64,000 bases of DNA from Nitrospirota bacterium. Its GTDB lineage: Bacteria > Nitrospirota > JACRHJ01. Position numbers and translations under genes: made by a program. The DNA lies in assembly GCA_021784575.1 (NCBI GenBank), contig JAJYHX010000001.1, positions 23,280-87,279 of the forward strand, in the 5' to 3' direction. The notes under the pieces are model-generated. The model worked only from the letters and a program-made list of their open reading frames with translations. It was not told the origin of the DNA and ran no database searches. This document shows, piece by piece, positions 61,473-64,000 of this stretch. Numbering within the stretch: the stretch's first letter is position 1; every line of letters starts with the position of its first letter.

Positions 61473-62648
61473 TCAACCTTTCCGTATTATGCCGCCGCCG
61501 AGGACGGTGTCGCCGTGGTAAAAGACGGCGGACTGTCCCGGCACGACGCCCGTGGTCGGCTCGTCGAAGACTATGCGCACGCAGTCCGGTGTCGGCGGGC
61601 TGCCGCCTGTCTGCCCGACGCGGCCTAAGCCGCTGTCTGCCGCCGGCCTTACGGCCTCCGGAAAGAGGGTGCATTTTACGGGTGTTGAGCGGTGCCGGAG
61701 CCGGACTTCGCAGGGCATGGGGCCGTTTATTCCGTTTGAGAATATCCAGTTCGTCTGTGCCGCCATGCACTCGCCCCGGAGCAGGTCGTCCCGGCTCCCG
61801 AGCGTAATCCTGTTCGTCTCCCGGTCCCGGTTTACGACGTAGCTCCTGCCTCCGGGCGAGGAGTAGTTCAGCCCGCGCCTCTGGCCTTCGGTATAGAACG
61901 CAATCCCCCTGTGCCGCCCGACGATATTGCCCGCGGCGTCGACGAAGTCGCCTTCCTTTACGGCCTCCGGCCTTTCGGATTCTATAAGCCCGCGATAGTC
62001 GTTGTCCGGGATAAAACATACCTCCTGGCTCTCCTCGCGGTCGGCTGACGGAAGCCCCATCCTGCGCGCCGTCTCGATTGTCTCGCTTTTGCGCATATCT
62101 CCGAGCGGGAAGACCGCGTGCGCAAGCTGGTACTGGTTCAGCCGGTACAGGAAATAGCTCTGGTCCTTCCCTGTATCCGCTCCACGCCGCAGGAGGTATC
62201 TGCCGGAAGCCCCGTCGAGCGTTACGCGCGCGTAATGCCCCGTGGCGAGCCTCTCCGCCCGGAGGAGGTCTACAAGCTTCATGAGCGCGCCGAACTTTAT
62301 CGCCCTGTTGCACATAACGCACGGGTTCGGCGTGAGGCCCCGGCAGTAGCTCTCAAGGAAGTCGTCGATTATTTCTTTTTTGAAGATTTCGCGCAGGTCA
62401 AGGACAGTGTGTTTTATGCCGAGGAGGGCGCATACATCTTTTGCGGACTCTATGGCGGGGCCGGAGTCGACATCCTCGCCCCAGAGGCGCATCGTAACGC
62501 CGATTACCTCTTCGCCCCTGTCTTTGAGGAGCGCCGCGGCGACCGAGCTGTCCACGCCGCCGCTCATTGCGACGGCAACCTTCCGCTTCACGCAGAGGCC
62601 CTCTTTTAATTGGCGAAGGAGGGATGCCTCCTTTGCCCGGTGAATCAA
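61473..62648 (-). CDS. mnmA: tRNA-specific 2-thiouridylase.
   Basis: PP-loop 'VAVAMSGGVDSSVAA', and catalytic Cys regions 'NPCVMCN' / 'DSQEVCF'. Confidence 0.85.
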   Translation of the reverse strand: MIHRAKEASLLRQLKEGLCVKRKVAVAMSGGVDSSVAAALLKDRGEEVIGVTMRLWGEDVDSGPAIESAKDVCALLGIKHTVLDLREIFKKEIIDDFLESYCRGLTPNPCVMCNRAIKFGALMKLVDLLRAERLATGHYARVTLDGASGRYLLRRGADTGKDQSYFLYRLNQYQLAHAVFPLGDMRKSETIETARRMGLPSADREESQEVCFIPDNDYRGLIESERPEAVKEGDFVDAAGNIVGRHRGIAFYTEGQRRGLNYSSPGGRSYVVNRDRETNRITLGSRDDLLRGECMAAQTNWIFSNGINGPMPCEVRLRHRSTPVKCTLFPEAVRPAADSGLGRVGQTGGSPPTPDCVRIVFDEPTTGVVPGQSAVFYHGDTVLGGGIIRKG

Positions 62649-62772
62649 TTCGGGGGAGGGAGTGTCCTCGGAGAAAAATTATCTTGAACGTAAAGCAGAA
62701 CGGCCGCCATCAGAGCGCGATTGTGAATAATAATTTTTCGGAAGAGGATACACCTTCCCCGTAAGGCATGAC

Positions 62773-63171
62773 TTACGCGCCCAGGGATTCCTTTACCGCG
62801 CCGAGCGCCGCGGCCTCCCGTGCCTCGTTCATCGCGCACGCGCCGTTGAACGAAAAGCCTTCCTCCACCTTCAGCTTCGGTGTGTCCACGTTGCCGTCCA
62901 GCCTGCCGGGGGCGATGAAGTGCGCGGCGCGCGCGGCCTTCACATTGCCGGTAATCCTGCCCGAAGAGATGAGCGTCCCGACACTTATCTCCCCCATAAC
63001 CTCCGCCGAATCGCCGATTATCAGCGTGTCCTTGGTATATATCTCGCCTTCGACACGCCCGTCGATGCGTATGGTTCCCTCGAAGTTCAGCGTCCCCTTG
63101 AAGTCCGTCCCCTTCCCCAGGAACGCGACCATCTCCTCCACCTGCGGGTGACCGTTTGCTTTTTTGAACAT
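62773..63171 (-). CDS. Bactofilin (DUF583) cytoskeletal protein.
   Basis: 'FEGTIRIDGRVEGEIYTKDTLIIGDSAEVMGEISVGTLISSGRITGNV' beta-helical repeat pattern. Confidence 0.75.
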   Translation of the reverse strand: MFKKANGHPQVEEMVAFLGKGTDFKGTLNFEGTIRIDGRVEGEIYTKDTLIIGDSAEVMGEISVGTLISSGRITGNVKAARAAHFIAPGRLDGNVDTPKLKVEEGFSFNGACAMNEAREAAALGAVKESLGA

Positions 63172-63187
63172 GCGCCCTCCTTGCTGT

Positions 63188-64000
63188 TTATCCCCTCAGA
63201 AACTCCAGCAATCTTTCCAGTTCGGCGTCGGAATAGAACTCGATATTTATGCTCCCGCGCCTGCCCTTGCGGCGGATTTTAACCTTCGTGCCGAGGTGTT
63301 TTTTAAGCTCGTCTTCGAGCATTGTCATCTGCGCCGAGGGGCTGTCGGCCTCTTTTTTCTTGACTATGCGCCCCGGCGCCTTCAGCTTCTTTGCGGCGGC
63401 TTCCGCCTCCCGGACGGAAAGCCCGCGCGATAATATCTCGCGCCTTAACGCCATTTGTTTCGCCGCGCCGTCGAGCGAAAGTATCGCCTTTGCATGTCCC
63501 ATGCTGAGCGCGCCTTCGGCAATGTCTCGCTTCACGTCCGCCGGGAGCGTCAGGAGCCTGAGGAAGTTCGCAACCGTCGGGCGCTCCTTGCCCACGCGGG
63601 CGGAGAGGTCTTCCTGCGTGAGCCGGAACTCGCTCATAAGCCGGTCGAACGCCTCGGCGGTCTCGATGGGGTTTAAGTCTTCTCTCTGAATGTTCTCGAC
63701 GAGCGCCATCTCAAGGACTTCCGCAGGCGACACGTCCTTCACGATTGCGGGGATTTTAGCAAGGCCCGCGAGCGCCGCCGCGCGGAACCTCCTCTCGCCC
63801 GCGATCAGCTGGTAGCCGCCGCCGGAGCGTTTCCGGAGGATTACCGGCTGTATGACCCCGACGGATTTGATGGATTCGGCCAAAGCGGCGATGGTGTCGT
63901 CCTTGAAGTTCTTCCTGGGCTGGTATTCGTTTGCCGATATGCGGATAAGCTCGACCTCGGTAACTCCCGCCTCGCCCATTATAAAAGTGCCCGGCGCCCC
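63188..64000 (-). CDS. ParB/Spo0J-family protein. Its N-terminus probably lies beyond the window edge.
   Basis: 'GERRFRAAALAGL' (ParB box II) and an HTH region. The reading frame stays open to the window edge upstream of the annotated Met. Confidence 0.8.
   Translation of the reverse strand, partial: GAPGTFIMGEAGVTEVELIRISANEYQPRKNFKDDTIAALAESIKSVGVIQPVILRKRSGGGYQLIAGERRFRAAALAGLAKIPAIVKDVSPAEVLEMALVENIQREDLNPIETAEAFDRLMSEFRLTQEDLSARVGKERPTVANFLRLLTLPADVKRDIAEGALSMGHAKAILSLDGAAKQMALRREILSRGLSVREAEAAAKKLKAPGRIVKKKEADSPSAQMTMLEDELKKHLGTKVKIRRKGRRGSINIEFYSDAELERLLEFLRG

Noticed and set aside
61462-62322. 286-aa Arg-rich minus-strand ORF overlapping mnmA in another frame.
   Set aside because: The mnmA frame carries the PP-loop and catalytic cysteines, so this is a spurious alternative frame.

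Overview
This 64-kb window is a high-GC bacterial chromosome segment that spans the replication-origin neighbourhood, with three low-GC insertions and a dispersed hairpin-repeat family.

Minus strand, high to low coordinate:
- dnaA-dnaN, a pyridoxamine 5'-phosphate oxidase (PNPOx)-like gene, gyrB, a toxin-antitoxin pair, gyrA.
- rpmE, a DUF1385 gene, prfA-prmC-murA.
- A complete his operon: hisD-G-C-B-H-A-F, an extra gene, hisIE.
- An exopolysaccharide locus: wza/wzc-like export genes plus a WbpA / WbpB-WbpD fusion / WbpE-like UDP-2,3-diacetamido-2,3-dideoxy-glucuronate (UDP-GlcNAc3NAcA) pathway.

Plus strand beyond the origin:
- rpmH-rnpA-yidD-yidC, a PocR/GAF sensor protein, mnmE.
- A family 4 glycosyltransferase (GT4) and a glycogen-debranching-enzyme (GDE)-like hydrolase.
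- cysK.

Further along:
- A system II cytochrome c biogenesis operon (resB-ccsA) with a roughly 13-15-heme cytochrome.
- tsaC, a cation diffusion facilitator (CDF) transporter, queC, a DEAD-box helicase.
- A membrane-anchored ArsM-like methyltransferase, nth, a ComFB-like gene.
- A TPM-domain / TPR / LemA cluster, coaD, mnmA, a bactofilin, and a partial parB.

Three low-GC, apparently horizontally acquired insertions stand out:
1. A Vsr / HNH endonuclease / minimal C5-methyltransferase operon with translational overlaps, lying between rpmE and gyrA.
2. A Phd/YefM-like antitoxin and RelE/ParE toxin pair wedged between gyrB and gyrA. Its start overlaps the gyrB stop, and its stop overlaps the gyrA start as TAATG.
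3. An RHH regulator, a DUF262/DUF1524 (GmrSD-like) nuclease and a 104-aa unknown gene, forming an operon next to oriC, together with an IS1-family transposase in a strongly AT-rich patch upstream of rpmH.

A dispersed family of near-perfect palindromic hairpin repeats (GTTACTTTCTTTTC-N4-GAAAAGAAAGTAAC) occupies at least five intergenic sites. Two of these sites are tandem composite elements.

No rRNA, tRNA or CRISPR array was found.
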